A stretch of 64,000 nucleotides of DNA, from positions 224,001 to 288,000 of the forward strand of contig CAWBAN010000002.1 of the NCBI GenBank assembly GCA_963786935.1, in the 5' to 3' direction. Below are positions 18,226 through 29,281 of the stretch, one piece after another; the first letter of the stretch is position 1, and each line of letters begins with the position of its first letter. The notes beneath the pieces are model-generated. The model made no database searches. It was given only the letters and a program-made list of their open reading frames with translations, and was not told the DNA's origin. This stretch comes from an uncultured bacterium (lineage in GTDB: Bacteria > Krumholzibacteriota > Krumholzibacteriia > Krumholzibacteriales > Krumholzibacteriaceae). The translations under genes were made by a program, and so were the position numbers.

Positions 18226-20115
18226 CTAGAACCGCACGCGATAGGCCGCGACCGTGTTGCTCTCGAACGTCGGGATGACGACCATATCGCTTCCCGGCAT
18301 ATACGCGAAATCGGCGGCGCCCGTCTGGAGCACGGACGTATCGAGAATCTTCGTGACCGCGCCCGCGCGGGACACCCGGTAGAGCCTTCCCTCGTTGTGA
18401 GACACGAGCATGTCGCCGCCGCCGGCGGCCGAGATGCCGTCGATCGTCCCCGACGGCCAGCGCGCGATCGTGCGGATCTCCTTCGTCGCGAGATCGATCG
18501 ATTTGAGCGCGCACTCGGCGTTGCAGCCGACGACGAGCGCGCCGTCGTCGAGGAGAATGCCGTTCGGCCGCGCGATCGCCGGCCCCGCGAGCCATTCCTC
18601 GCACGCGCCGCCGGCGATTCGATAGATGCAGTTCTTGAACGAGTCGGTCACGTACATCGTCCCCGCGTCGTCGACGGCGATGTCGTTCGGGAACGCGGCG
18701 CCCGGCATGAAGTGCCGCTTCACGATCTGCCGCGAAGCGATGTCGATCTCCCCGACCGCCGCCCGCATGACGACATAGAGCCTGTCGCCGGCGACCGCCA
18801 TCCCTGTCGGATTCGTGACGCCGCCCGCCCATTCGGCCTCCACCATCTTGCCGTCGAGGGAGAGCTTCGATATGAACTGCTTGCCCATGACGCCCCGATG
18901 ATAGCCGTCGTAGTTCGAGACGTAGAGCGCGTTCCGGCCGGCGTCGTGCACGACGCACTCGGGAACGGCGAAGGCGCGGCCCGTTTCCCAGAGCTTCTCG
19001 ACGCCCGGGGCGCCGTAGACCGCGTCGCCGAGGCGCGCCGTGAAGCCCCACCCGCCGAAGCTCTCGGCGAGCGCGAAGACGAGCTCGTTCGATCCCTTCC
19101 GGAGAGGGAGATACACGGCGTCGAAACAGCCGACGATCCCCTGAAACGAGGCGTCGCGGAGGCGGTACGAGTTGTCGCCGGAGAATACGTTCGTGCCGTT
19201 GAGGAATATCACGACGGCGTCGCTGTATCCGAACTCGAGCTTCCGGAGCGTGTCGCGCCCGGCCTCGATTATCGTTTTGGCGAAGACGAGGCCCGGCGCG
19301 GGATCCGTCTTCTCGACATGCCGCGCGACGTCGACGAGCCCGGACGGCTCGCTCGTCACGGTCTGCCACGCCGCGTCCCCGAGCACTTCCGCGGAGGGAT
19401 ACCGCTCCATATCGATCCCGCCGGAATCGAAGATGCGCGACAGCTGCCACGGGCGAATCACGCCCGGCGGCGTCTCCGCGAACGGAGCTGGCCCGAAATC
19501 GAGCCGGTCGTCGGCCCGATAGCTGAAGTTCGAGAAATAGGCCGATTTGTCCGCGGGTCCCATGAGCCCGATCCCGCCGGCCGAATCGCCGCGCTTGAGG
19601 TCGGTGACGACGAGGGCCGGGCGCTCCATGTCGCCGACGAAGAGGCGCGCCCGCGTCCCGTTCACCTCGAGCTTCACGTGGACCCAAGCGTCTCGCGGGA
19701 GCTCCACCCCGGCCGTATACCCGGTCCCGTTGTACAGCTGCCACCCCTCGATGCCGTTGAAGCTCGGGGCGTACTGGATCGCGTTGTCGAACACGCCCGC
19801 GACGTGCGGACGGATGTAGACGCGCTCGAAGTCCCCGTCCCCCTGCATGCGGAAGACGATGCCGGGATAGGACCGCGCCCCGGTTACGGCGATATCGACC
19901 TCGATGACACCGTTCCGAAATTCGAGGCCCTTCAGGGTGGCGAACCCCATCAGGCTCGGCCGCCCGAGGTGATCGGCGCGGACTGCGTTGTCCATGGCCC
20001 ATGCGTCGGAATCGAAGGGGACCGCCGTGCTCTGCGCATGGGCCGATGCGCAGAGGCAGCACAGAAACGGCAGCGAAACAGCGAGAATCGCAGATCGGCT
20101 GAAACGGGTCGGCAT
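18226..20115 (-). CDS. Secreted protein with C-terminal SMP-30/gluconolactonase-like beta-propeller
   Basis: Signal peptide; PECV, PTGM, PNDIA, PNGI, IDGI blade motifs. Confidence 0.8.
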   Translation of the reverse strand: MPTRFSRSAILAVSLPFLCCLCASAHAQSTAVPFDSDAWAMDNAVRADHLGRPSLMGFATLKGLEFRNGVIEVDIAVTGARSYPGIVFRMQGDGDFERVYIRPHVAGVFDNAIQYAPSFNGIEGWQLYNGTGYTAGVELPRDAWVHVKLEVNGTRARLFVGDMERPALVVTDLKRGDSAGGIGLMGPADKSAYFSNFSYRADDRLDFGPAPFAETPPGVIRPWQLSRIFDSGGIDMERYPSAEVLGDAAWQTVTSEPSGLVDVARHVEKTDPAPGLVFAKTIIEAGRDTLRKLEFGYSDAVVIFLNGTNVFSGDNSYRLRDASFQGIVGCFDAVYLPLRKGSNELVFALAESFGGWGFTARLGDAVYGAPGVEKLWETGRAFAVPECVVHDAGRNALYVSNYDGYHRGVMGKQFISKLSLDGKMVEAEWAGGVTNPTGMAVAGDRLYVVMRAAVGEIDIASRQIVKRHFMPGAAFPNDIAVDDAGTMYVTDSFKNCIYRIAGGACEEWLAGPAIARPNGILLDDGALVVGCNAECALKSIDLATKEIRTIARWPSGTIDGISAAGGGDMLVSHNEGRLYRVSRAGAVTKILDTSVLQTGAADFAYMPGSDMVVIPTFESNTVAAYRVRF

Positions 20116-20238
20116 ATCGCGCGCCATCCTTTCGTCCGGTGGACCACGATGTTGTACACGAAGAGCCCCGCGAAGTGCCGGGAAAATCGGCTGCCGCAGC
20201 GTCTTGCCACAGGGCGCGAAATGCTCTACCATGGAGCC

Positions 20239-20808
20239 ATGCCGGAGCACGAGCATCATAAGCGCTATGCAGGCGGGCCCGAGCGTCTGCGCTCGCCGGA
20301 GCGGATCGCGCGCCTCGAGGTCGAGCGCGTCGTGACGCTCAGCGTCGAGGGGCTCGCGGCGTCCCGCGTGCTCGACGTCGGTACGGGCACCGGTCTCTTC
20401 GCGGAGGCGTTCGCGGCGAAGGGTCTCGCGGTCGCGGGCATAGATCCGGACAAAGAGATGCTCGCCATCGCCGCCCGCCTCGTCCGGAGCGCCGAGTTCA
20501 AGGAGGGAACCGCCGAAGCGATTCCCTACGGCGACGGATCGTTCGATATCGCCTTTCTCGGCCAGATGCTGCACGAGGCGGACGATCCGGCAGCGGCGCT
20601 GCGGGAGGCGCGCCGGGTGTCGACGCGGAGGGTCGTCGTCCTGGAGTGGCCGTATCTAAAGGAAGAGCAGGGGCCCCCGATCGAGCACCGGCTCAAGGAG
20701 GAGACCGTCGTCGGGCTCGCCGCGCAGGCCGGCCTCGGGATCGTCGATCGGGTTCGGCTTACGCGCATGACGCTCTACCGGATGTCGATCGATGGGGGGC
20801 AGGATTAA
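20239..20808 (+). CDS. Class I SAM-dependent methyltransferase
   Basis: VLDVGTGTG. Confidence 0.88.
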   Translation: MPEHEHHKRYAGGPERLRSPERIARLEVERVVTLSVEGLAASRVLDVGTGTGLFAEAFAAKGLAVAGIDPDKEMLAIAARLVRSAEFKEGTAEAIPYGDGSFDIAFLGQMLHEADDPAAALREARRVSTRRVVVLEWPYLKEEQGPPIEHRLKEETVVGLAAQAGLGIVDRVRLTRMTLYRMSIDGGQD

Positions 20809-20823
20809 CCGCAGGAGAAGATA

Positions 20824-21588
20824 ATGAGGACAAGAATGGCGATTCTCTGGATGGTTGTGCCGTGCGCGCTGGCTTTCGGCTGGGATGGCGCGGCTGCGGG
20901 CGATCCGCCGCCTCCCTTCGAGGTGGAGATCGAGGGCGGTGCGGTCTGGCAGACGGTGAACGACGTGCAGATTCCGAACGACGCGAGCGGCACGAGGTTC
21001 TCCATCGTCGACGTGATCGGTTCCGGGCCCTATCCGGCGGGGAGGATGTACTTCACGTGGAACGTGAACGAGCGGCACGGCGTGCGGCTGCTGCTCGCGC
21101 CGTTCTCCGTCACGGACACCGGCGAGATCGCGGCGCCGGTTCATTTCGCGGGAGAGACGTTCGAGCCGGGAGAGGTGCAGGCGACCTACCGGTTCAACTC
21201 GTGGCGCGCGACGTACCGGTATCGGTTCAGGAGCGGCGAGCGCGCCACGTGGTGGATCGGATTCACCGCGAAGATACGCGACGCGAAAATTGAGCTCGAT
21301 CAGGAAGGCGCCACGGCGCGCAAGATAGACGTCGGATTCGTCCCGCTCCTTCATTTCGCCGGCTCGGTCCGTCTCCGCGAGGGATTGTTCTTTGTCCTCG
21401 ATCTCGACGCGCTCGCGGGAGGCCCGGGGCGCGCGGAAGACGTCGCCCTCAAGCTCCAGTATGCCGCCGGCGACCGCTGGCGTCTTTCGGCGGGATACCG
21501 CACGGTGGAGGGGGGCGCCGACGTCGACGCGGTGTACACGTTCGCGTGGCTCCACTACGCGGTGCTGTCTGCGGAGATGGGATTCTAG
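20824..21588 (+). CDS. Outer-membrane beta-barrel protein
   Basis: Signal peptide, alternating beta-strands, terminal Phe. Confidence 0.75.
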   Translation: MRTRMAILWMVVPCALAFGWDGAAAGDPPPPFEVEIEGGAVWQTVNDVQIPNDASGTRFSIVDVIGSGPYPAGRMYFTWNVNERHGVRLLLAPFSVTDTGEIAAPVHFAGETFEPGEVQATYRFNSWRATYRYRFRSGERATWWIGFTAKIRDAKIELDQEGATARKIDVGFVPLLHFAGSVRLREGLFFVLDLDALAGGPGRAEDVALKLQYAAGDRWRLSAGYRTVEGGADVDAVYTFAWLHYAVLSAEMGF

Positions 21589-21641
21589 GAGGGCGGCCCG
21601 AGAGGGGCGGCCTCGCTGCCCGGCTGCTGGAGGACGGCGCA

Positions 21642-22394
21642 ATGGGCACTGACTTTTCGAATGTCTACAACGATCGCGCGCGCTCCGCGTCGTACGCGAA
21701 GCTCGAGTTCCCCGGCACGTACTATCTCGCGTTCAGGGATTTGCCGGAGATCATCGAACGACACGTGCCCCGCGGGCGCCCGCAGGGCGGGAGGGCCCTC
21801 GACTTCGGCTGCGGCACGGGGCGCTCGACGCGATTCCTCCGCGGGCTCGGATTCGACGTTGTCGGCATCGATATCTCCGAGCCGATGCTCGCGCTCGCGC
21901 GGGAGCGCGAGCCGGACGGCGAATACCGCCTCGTTCCCGACGGGGACCTCGAGGGCCTCGAGGCGAACGCCTTCGACGTCGTTCTCTCCGCTTTCACCCT
22001 CGACAACATCCCGACGCGGGAGCGGAAGGTGGCGCTGTTCCGGTCGCTGAAGCGGAGCCTCAGGCCCGGGGCGCGCATCGTGAGCCTCGTGTCGTCCCCG
22101 GACATCTACCTCAACGAATGGGCCTCGTTCTCGACGAAGGATTATCCGCAGAACCGGAACGCCCGGTGCGGCGACAAGGTGCTCATCGTGATGCTCGATG
22201 TCGATGACAAGCGCCCCGTGGAGGACATCGTCTGGACGGACGAGGGATACGACGACGTGTACGAGCGCGCGGGGCTTGCGATCGTCGAAAAGCGAAGGCC
22301 GCTCGCCAAGGAGAGCGAGCCGTACGTATGGGTGAACGAAACGAGGATCGCCCCGTGGGTGATCTATGTGCTAGGAGGACGCGATGACCGATAA
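21642..22394 (+). CDS. Class I SAM-dependent methyltransferase
   Basis: ALDFGCGTG. Confidence 0.88.
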   Translation: MGTDFSNVYNDRARSASYAKLEFPGTYYLAFRDLPEIIERHVPRGRPQGGRALDFGCGTGRSTRFLRGLGFDVVGIDISEPMLALAREREPDGEYRLVPDGDLEGLEANAFDVVLSAFTLDNIPTRERKVALFRSLKRSLRPGARIVSLVSSPDIYLNEWASFSTKDYPQNRNARCGDKVLIVMLDVDDKRPVEDIVWTDEGYDDVYERAGLAIVEKRRPLAKESEPYVWVNETRIAPWVIYVLGGRDDR

Positions 22395-22635
22395 GAAACC
22401 CCGTGTCGAGGAGTTCGAGGTCGACGGCGACAAGGTCGTCGAAACGGTGAAGCGGCTCGTTCACGAGGGCAATATTCGCCGCATCACGATCAAGAACGAA
22501 GAGGGAAAGAGCCTGATCGAGATCCCGCTGACCTTCGGCGTGGTCGGCGCGGTGCTGCTGCCGACCCTGGCCGCGCTCGGCGCGCTCGCCGCGCTGGTCA
22601 CCCATTGCACGATCGTCGTGGAGCGGACGGAATGA
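22384..22635 (+). CDS. DUF4342 family protein
   Basis: [16 protein letters not shown]...LIEIPLTFG. Confidence 0.85.
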   Translation: MTDKKPRVEEFEVDGDKVVETVKRLVHEGNIRRITIKNEEGKSLIEIPLTFGVVGAVLLPTLAALGALAALVTHCTIVVERTE

Positions 22636-22672
22636 CGATCCGGCGCGCCGGTCCTGCCGCGGGAGAGTTCGC

Positions 22673-23098
22673 ATGATTCGAATAAGCCGCGGCATCGCCA
22701 TAGCCGAATCCGAAATCGCATTCGAGTTCATCCGGTCTTCCGGCCCCGGCGGGCAGAACGTGAACAAGGTGGCGACCGCCGTTCGCCTGACATTCGATAT
22801 TCGCCGCTCACCGTCCCTCCCGGCGGATGTCCGCGAACGGCTGACGGCGCTCGCGGGGAAGCGGGCGGATACGGACGGCGTTCTCTCGATCGTCGCGCGC
22901 CGCCACCGGACGCAGGAGGCGAATCGCAGGGACGCCGTCGAGCGGTTCGTCGAGCTCGTGCGGCGCGCCGCGGAGCGGCCCCGGGAGCGGCGCGAAACGA
23001 AACCGACGGCGGCGGCCAAACGCCGCCGGCTCGAGGCCAAGCGTCTCAGGGCGCGGACGAAAACGGGACGCGGGCCGGTTCGGGACGCGGACGAATAG
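22673..23098 (+). CDS. arfB: Alternative ribosome rescue peptidyl-tRNA hydrolase
   Basis: RSSGPGGQNVNKV with a basic C-terminal tail. Confidence 0.95.
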   Translation: MIRISRGIAIAESEIAFEFIRSSGPGGQNVNKVATAVRLTFDIRRSPSLPADVRERLTALAGKRADTDGVLSIVARRHRTQEANRRDAVERFVELVRRAAERPRERRETKPTAAAKRRRLEAKRLRARTKTGRGPVRDADE

Positions 23099-23132
23099 CG
23101 CGGCATCGGATCGTGCTGAACGGAGGGAACAC

Positions 23133-23993
23133 ATGAAGAAGATAGAAAGGATCGCCGTTCTGGCCGCGCTCGCCGTTGCGGTCCTGGGGCGCGCGGCCCT
23201 TGCCGCCGACGAATCGAAAATCGGCATCAAGGCCTGGTACGGCGTCAGCGGATACCCGAGCGGCGGGGATATCGTGACCGCGCCCTACAAAGCTATCGAT
23301 GACAGCCCGGATATCTTCGACTCGAGAACGGCCATGCAGTATCATCCCGACCAGAAGTTCGGCAAGACGGTCTATGGTGCGGTCACCTATCGGGTCAAGC
23401 GCAGCATCGAGCTGGAAATGGGCTTCGGCTACACGGATCTTCAGCTGGAGATGACGCAGCACTATGGAACGGGAGCATGGGACCGCAGTGTCGATCCTCC
23501 CGTGTACCATCCCCTGCGCTATAGTACCCAAGATTATCCTACGCAGACAGATGGGGAGTACAGCTACATGACCTTCCGCCCGGCGCTGAATCTCCTGTGG
23601 TCGTCGAGATCGTGGCTGAGGCCGTACGTGGGCATCGGATTCGATATCATGCGCGTGAAAGGGAAGGGCGATCTGGACTTTGCCGTGCCGTACGTGACGC
23701 AAGCCGGGCCCAATTATTATCTGAACTATAGAACGGAGCGGCTCGATTTCGAAGGATCGAGCATGGTCTACGGATTGGATCTGGCGAGCGGTCTCGAGTT
23801 CGTGATCACCTCGGCCGTATCGGTGAATTTCGGAGTCTCGTACATGTTTCAGTTCAACGGGGCGTTCGAGGATTTCGGCTCGATGGTGAAGGAGAATCCG
23901 GCGGCGCCCATCATCACGGATGTGCAGTACTTCACCGAGGGGATGACCATGTCGAACGTGAGCTTCACCCTCGGCTTCGTGTTCCATTTGTAG
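23133..23993 (+). CDS. Outer-membrane beta-barrel domain protein
   Basis: Signal peptide, RPYVGIG, terminal aromatic strand. Confidence 0.8.
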   Translation: MKKIERIAVLAALAVAVLGRAALAADESKIGIKAWYGVSGYPSGGDIVTAPYKAIDDSPDIFDSRTAMQYHPDQKFGKTVYGAVTYRVKRSIELEMGFGYTDLQLEMTQHYGTGAWDRSVDPPVYHPLRYSTQDYPTQTDGEYSYMTFRPALNLLWSSRSWLRPYVGIGFDIMRVKGKGDLDFAVPYVTQAGPNYYLNYRTERLDFEGSSMVYGLDLASGLEFVITSAVSVNFGVSYMFQFNGAFEDFGSMVKENPAAPIITDVQYFTEGMTMSNVSFTLGFVFHL

Positions 23994-24103
23994 GGAGCGA
24001 AGATTCGACGTCGCTTTTCCGGTGGCGCGTCCCGGATTGCGGAGTATCTTCATGTCGACAGTCAAATGACGGCGACACGACGCAATCGCGGGAGGAGACG
24101 GTC

Positions 24104-25156
24104 ATGAAATCGATGCCCGACCATGCAGAAATGGAGAGAGCCTTCAGAGACAAGGACGGCTCGTACGACGGACTGTTTTACGTCGGGGTCAGGACGACGG
24201 GCGTTTTCTGCCGGCCGGTTTGTCCCGCGCGAAGGCCGCTTCCCGAACACATCGAGTTCTTTCCGTCGCCCAAGGAGGCGCTCTTCGCCGGCTATCGGCC
24301 GTGCAAGCGCTGCGAGCCGCTCAAGGCCGGCGGCGAGATCCCCGCGTGGGCGGCCGGGCTGATCGAACGGATCGAGCGCGATCCCTCGATCAGGATCAGG
24401 GAGACCGATCTCCGCGAAGCGGGCATCGAGCCGGCGAAGGCGCGTCGCTTCTTTCTGAGCAGATTCGGCATGACGTTCCAGGCGTACTGCCGGGCGCGCC
24501 GGCTCGGACGGGCGTTCGACGAGATCAAGAGCGGCAAGCGCCTCGACGACGTCATCCTGGGCCACGGCTTCGAATCGCACAGCGGATTCCGCGACGCGTT
24601 TCTCAATCGCTTCGGGAAGCCGCCCGGCAAGATGAGAAACGAGGACTTCATCAGGCTCGCGTGGATCGAGACTCCGCTCGGTCCGATGGCCGCCGGCGCG
24701 ACGGCTGCGAAGCTCTGCTTCCTCGAATTCACCGACCGCAGGATGCTCGAGGCGCAGCTCGAGACGCTCGCGCGCAGGTTCGGCATGCCGATCGCGCCGG
24801 GCGAGAACGCGGTGCTCGCGAAAACGCGAAGCGAGCTCGAGCGCTATTTCGCCGGCTCGCTGAAGCGCTTCTCCGTTCCGGTCGAATATCCGGGCACCGA
24901 GTTCCAGACGCGCGTCTGGAAGGCGCTCCTCGGGATTCCCTACGGAGAGACGCGGAGCTACGAGGACATCGCCCGGACGGTCGGAAGCCCCGGCGCGGTC
25001 CGCGCGGTCGGGACCGCGAATGGAAAGAACCGGATCGCCGTCATTATTCCGTGCCATCGCGTGGTCAACAAGAGCGGCGAGCTCGGCGGCTACGGCGGCG
25101 GCCTCTGGCGGAAGCGGCGGCTGCTCGATATCGAGCAGGGATCGGCGGGAGCATGA
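24104..25156 (+). CDS. ada: Bifunctional Ada regulator / O6-methylguanine-DNA methyltransferase
   Basis: TTGVFCRPVC and RPCKRC zinc site, AraC-type HTH, IPCHRV active site. Confidence 0.95.
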   Translation: MKSMPDHAEMERAFRDKDGSYDGLFYVGVRTTGVFCRPVCPARRPLPEHIEFFPSPKEALFAGYRPCKRCEPLKAGGEIPAWAAGLIERIERDPSIRIRETDLREAGIEPAKARRFFLSRFGMTFQAYCRARRLGRAFDEIKSGKRLDDVILGHGFESHSGFRDAFLNRFGKPPGKMRNEDFIRLAWIETPLGPMAAGATAAKLCFLEFTDRRMLEAQLETLARRFGMPIAPGENAVLAKTRSELERYFAGSLKRFSVPVEYPGTEFQTRVWKALLGIPYGETRSYEDIARTVGSPGAVRAVGTANGKNRIAVIIPCHRVVNKSGELGGYGGGLWRKRRLLDIEQGSAGA

Positions 25157-25626
25157 TTCGGGAAGCGCCGATCGGGCGATGGATCTGGCTGCTGCCCGCG
25201 GCGTACGCGTTCCACGTGATGGAGGAGGCGTACGGCGGGCACGGTCTCATCGGATGGATGAACGAGCGGGGAGGCATCCATCTCTCGATGGCGGCGTTTC
25301 TCTGCTTGAACCTCATCGGCCTGGCGATCGTCGCCGTTGCGACGTGGGGCGCGCGGATGCACCGGTTGTGGCAGTGGCCGCTGGCGAGCGCCGGAACCAT
25401 TCTCTTTATGAACGGCCTGAGCCACGTCGCCGCGAGCATCGCGACGCGGCACTATGTTTCCGGTATGTGGACGGGTATCCTATTCTACGTTCCGTTGGGC
25501 GCGGCGCTGCTGCTCAGAGTGCAGCGTCTCGTGAGCCCGCTCATCTTTTGGGCGGCGGTTTCCGTCGGATTTGTGATTCACGCTGCCGTGCTGTGGATCG
25601 TCGTATTCGGTTCGCCGTGGTTCTGA
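25153..25626 (+). CDS. HXXEE domain membrane protein
   Basis: HVMEE motif, multiple TM segments. Confidence 0.85.
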   Translation: MIREAPIGRWIWLLPAAYAFHVMEEAYGGHGLIGWMNERGGIHLSMAAFLCLNLIGLAIVAVATWGARMHRLWQWPLASAGTILFMNGLSHVAASIATRHYVSGMWTGILFYVPLGAALLLRVQRLVSPLIFWAAVSVGFVIHAAVLWIVVFGSPWF

Positions 25627-25674
25627 GCGCGGGTTGATGCTCCGCGGCGCGTCGCGCAGGAAAGGAATCGGGTA

Positions 25675-26223
25675 ATGAAGATAATGAAGGGAATGAAGAA
25701 GCTCGAGACGATGTTCGGCACGCATGGCTTCGGCGATTTCAAATGGATCTTGCCGTCGGAGATCGTCGTCGCGCAATGGGTGCGCATGAAGTGCATGTAC
25801 GGCTGCGGGTCGTACGGGAGGCTCGCCTGCTGCCCGCCCAACGTTCCGTCCGTCGCGGAGTGCCGCGCGTTCTTCGACGAGTACCGCGCCGCCGCCGTTT
25901 TCCATTTCGAGAAGAAGGTGAAGAAGCCGCAGGATCGGAGGCCGTGGGGGATCAGGGTGAACGCATCCCTGCTCAAGCTCGAGCGCGAGGTGTTTCTCTC
26001 GGGCTATCAGAAGGCGTTTCTGCTGCCCATGGATACGTGCCATCTCTGCCGCGACTGCGCCGTCGGGCGGGATGAATGCAAGCAGCCGAAACTGGCTCGC
26101 CCCGCGCCCGAGGCGCTCGCCGTGGACGTGTTCTCGACGGTGAGAAAATGCGGCTATCCGATCGAGGTTCTCGACGACTATTCCCGAACGATGAACCGCT
26201 ACGCCATCTTGCTGATCGAGTAG
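25675..26223 (+). CDS. DUF2284 family metal-binding protein
   Basis: C.YGC..YG....CPP, C.LC..C, EALAVDV. Confidence 0.88.
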   Translation: MKIMKGMKKLETMFGTHGFGDFKWILPSEIVVAQWVRMKCMYGCGSYGRLACCPPNVPSVAECRAFFDEYRAAAVFHFEKKVKKPQDRRPWGIRVNASLLKLEREVFLSGYQKAFLLPMDTCHLCRDCAVGRDECKQPKLARPAPEALAVDVFSTVRKCGYPIEVLDDYSRTMNRYAILLIE

Positions 26224-26318
26224 ATTCGTGGTACAATAATAGTATACGGAAAAACGATTTCCGCGCGAGTTCAGGCTCGGCTTGTCGATATTCTCCGATG
26301 CCGAAGGAGGGATGTGCC

Positions 26319-26879
26319 ATGAGAGCTGTTGCGATCGCTTTGATCCTGCTTCTGCCGGCCGCCCTATCCGCGGGGCCGATAATGGGATTGTTTTTCGATA
26401 GCCCGCCCACGCTGCTATACGAAACGCCCCAGCCCTTTGAGCAGTTCCCCGGGTATGTTTTCGGTGAAGGTATCAGCTGTTACCTCGATGCCGCCGAGTT
26501 CATGGTGACAATGCCGCAGGGCCTCGTGATTATGTCATACTCGGTGCCCGAAGGATCTCTCACACTCGGCGCCCCCCAGTCCGGCGTTTCGATCACCTAC
26601 TGGCCGCCGCAGGACGGGTGGAATCCCGGATACAATTTGCTCTGCACGCTTCATTTCCTCTACGTCGGCGATAGATGCTGGTGTCCGTACGGCGGCCCGG
26701 CGATGGATCTCGTCGCGCGGATTGTTCCTCATCCGGCGAGCGGGGGGATTCTCGGCTCGTGCTATCCGGAGAACAATCTGATCGCTTTCACCGGACTCTA
26801 TTCGGTCATTTGTGCAAGCACGCTCTGCTGGGGAACGGAAAGCACGAGCTGGGGCTCCATCAAGTCGCTCTATAAGTGA
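26319..26879 (+). CDS. Secreted protein with C-terminal SWGSIKSLYK tail
   Basis: AAGGAGG RBS, signal peptide, shared tail. Confidence 0.85.
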   Translation: MRAVAIALILLLPAALSAGPIMGLFFDSPPTLLYETPQPFEQFPGYVFGEGISCYLDAAEFMVTMPQGLVIMSYSVPEGSLTLGAPQSGVSITYWPPQDGWNPGYNLLCTLHFLYVGDRCWCPYGGPAMDLVARIVPHPASGGILGSCYPENNLIAFTGLYSVICASTLCWGTESTSWGSIKSLYK

Positions 26880-26934
26880 GAGCGTCGTTCGATTGCCCGC
26901 GGCGAAAGACCCCGCTATCCTTCGATGGGAATTT

Positions 26935-28311
26935 CTATATCCGCGCGATGAGGCGCAGCTCGGCCTGCGGCTTGAATCCCTCGTTTCCAATCGTCCGAAA
27001 GAAGCCGCCCGCGGCCGCGCTCAGGTAGAGATGCCTGCGCAGCGGGTATTCCGCCGAGATCTCCGAGTAGGCGTCACGGTCGGAGAATCCCGAGGGGCGG
27101 GATTTCCATTCGTACGATCGCCCCTGGAGCTGCGCCCGGAGCGAGAAGTCCCGGACCTGCTTCATGACCGTCGCCTCGAGCGAGTAGAATTCGATGAAAT
27201 CGGACTGCATCAGTTGCGCGCCGGCGTCCGCCGTGAATCCGGCGAACGGCGGCGTCATCACGTAAGCATTCGCCGTCCACCCGGATCGCACGCCCGCCAT
27301 CGAGGAGAGCGCCCCGCGTATGCCCCAGCCGCCGCGCGCGAGTGAGCCCGACAGCCGGAAATCGCGATAGGTCGAAGGCGGCTGTTCCGAGTAGAGCCCC
27401 CAGTAGGGAATGTTCCGCCCCTTGTCGAGTTGATAGAGCTGATCGAAGGGGTTCCGCCACTGCGACGCCGTGAGGCTCAGGCTCCCCCGGTCGCCGCGCC
27501 AGGACAGCGTCGCGCCGGCGCGCGCGGTTTCCTCGAACTCGAAGTCGTACGCCGCGTACGTTTCGAGCCAGACGCCCCGCGAGAGCATGACGTTGACGCC
27601 GGCCGGCGCCTCCCGCTGCTTGATATCGAAGTAGGCCGCCTGTTGATATCCGGCCGAGAGCCGCACGCGCGCGTTCGAGTATTTCAGGTACGCCGAGGAG
27701 AGGAGGTCGTCCGACGCCTCGTGACCGTCCCAGACGTCCACGAGCCTGCCGGCCGCGGCGCCGGCCGTGAGGCCGCCGACCTCGTACGAGACGGACGCCC
27801 CGTCGATCACCGGAGAGCTCGAGTAGCCCATCTCGGGGATGAATCTGCCGAGCCGCGCGCCGAGCCCGCGGACGAGGAGGCCGTCGGTCTCGATCGAGCC
27901 CGTATGGAGGATGTTTCTGTTCGCGAACGCGCTCTCGAGCACGTGCTTGTCGGTGCGCGCGAAGTGCAGCCAATGATGGCTGCGATATTTCAATACGATC
28001 CGGTCGGCGAACGCGGATATCTGGAACGAGCCGGTGAGACGCAGGCCGCTGTAGACCGTCGACGCCGACGAGGAGCCGACGTACGCGTAGCGCGCGTTGA
28101 TGTATCCTTTTGCCTTGATGCCGCCGGAGCCGCTCGCCGCCGCGGAGGAATCGGGGGCGTGAGCGGCTGCGGGCGCCGATCGCGGAAAGAGCGGGAGCGC
28201 GGCAAGCGAGAGAGCGAGGAGCGCCGCCCATGGTCGCCCGCGCGAGCGGCCGCGACGCGCCGCCGTCGCTCCGGCCGCGCGGCCTTCGCGCGAGGCCCGC
28301 GCCTCAGTCAT
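26935..28311 (-). CDS. Putative outer-membrane porin-like beta-barrel associated with multiheme cytochromes
   Basis: Signal peptide, many amphipathic strands, overlaps the cytochrome stop codon. Confidence 0.75.
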   Translation of the reverse strand: MTEARASREGRAAGATAARRGRSRGRPWAALLALSLAALPLFPRSAPAAAHAPDSSAAASGSGGIKAKGYINARYAYVGSSSASTVYSGLRLTGSFQISAFADRIVLKYRSHHWLHFARTDKHVLESAFANRNILHTGSIETDGLLVRGLGARLGRFIPEMGYSSSPVIDGASVSYEVGGLTAGAAAGRLVDVWDGHEASDDLLSSAYLKYSNARVRLSAGYQQAAYFDIKQREAPAGVNVMLSRGVWLETYAAYDFEFEETARAGATLSWRGDRGSLSLTASQWRNPFDQLYQLDKGRNIPYWGLYSEQPPSTYRDFRLSGSLARGGWGIRGALSSMAGVRSGWTANAYVMTPPFAGFTADAGAQLMQSDFIEFYSLEATVMKQVRDFSLRAQLQGRSYEWKSRPSGFSDRDAYSEISAEYPLRRHLYLSAAAGGFFRTIGNEGFKPQAELRLIARI

Positions 28312-29281
28312 CGCCGCCTCCCGGAAATCCCCCGGGATGGCAGTCGAGACAGCGGCCGCCGTTGTCGTTCGCATGCCCGGCGTGGCACGCGTGGCATGTG
28401 TATTCGGCGTAGTTCTGGGGATTGCCGTGGCACGTGGCGCACGCCACGCCCGCGTGCTGGCCCGTCAGGACGTTGAACCAGAACGGGCTGTGCGCGTAGG
28501 ACCACGAGTCTTGCAGATGGCATTCCTGGCAGTTGGTTCCCGCGCCGTACGTCGCGTGCGGGAATGGGGAGCTCCGGTAATCCGCCTCGTGACAGCTCGC
28601 GCACTGCGTCGGCCGCGGCACGATCTTGAACGACTGCAGATCGCGGTGGCAATCGCCGCACTCGAGCGCGCGATGGGCTCCCATGAGCGGGAATCCGGTC
28701 ATGTTGTGATCGAATCGCGTAACGTTCCACACGGGGGAGCGATGGCACGCGTAGCAGTCGGTGCCGAGCGAGCCCTTGTGAAAATCCTCGTGGCAGCTCG
28801 TGCAGTTCCGGTTCGCCTTTTCGAATCTCTTCCCTTCGTGGCACCTCACGCAGGAAACGTCCTGATGAATCGCGAACATGTCCTTCGCCGGATGCTTGAA
28901 TTTCACCTGCGCGAAGGGCATGCCGGCTGTATGACAGTCCTCGCATTTCATTTTCAATTTGTCGCCGTGCGGCGGGCGGTGGCAGCCCGCGCAGCTCGAG
29001 CTCGGCTGCCGCTCTCCGTGACAGGCGTCGCACGCGATCTCGCGATGGCGGCCGAGAAGGGGAAAGCCCGTGTTCGCGTGCTCGTCGAGGAAGCCCGCGT
29101 CGGACGAGTCGGCCGCCGGCGCAGCGTCGCCCGCTCCGCCCGTACCGCCCGCGGTCGGCTTGACCCGCGGGGGGCCGCATGTTTCGAGCAGCACGGCGGA
29201 GAACAGCGCGGCCGCCGCGAGAAAGACGAAGAGGGCCGCGCGACGATCGAATCCCCGCCGGCCCGGCGTCAATCTCCGCAT
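28304..29281 (-). CDS. Multiheme cytochrome c (12 CxxCH)
   Basis: 12 CxxCH motifs counted, N-terminal hydrophobic segment. Confidence 0.93.
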   Translation of the reverse strand: MRRLTPGRRGFDRRAALFVFLAAAALFSAVLLETCGPPRVKPTAGGTGGAGDAAPAADSSDAGFLDEHANTGFPLLGRHREIACDACHGERQPSSSCAGCHRPPHGDKLKMKCEDCHTAGMPFAQVKFKHPAKDMFAIHQDVSCVRCHEGKRFEKANRNCTSCHEDFHKGSLGTDCYACHRSPVWNVTRFDHNMTGFPLMGAHRALECGDCHRDLQSFKIVPRPTQCASCHEADYRSSPFPHATYGAGTNCQECHLQDSWSYAHSPFWFNVLTGQHAGVACATCHGNPQNYAEYTCHACHAGHANDNGGRCLDCHPGGFPGGGDD

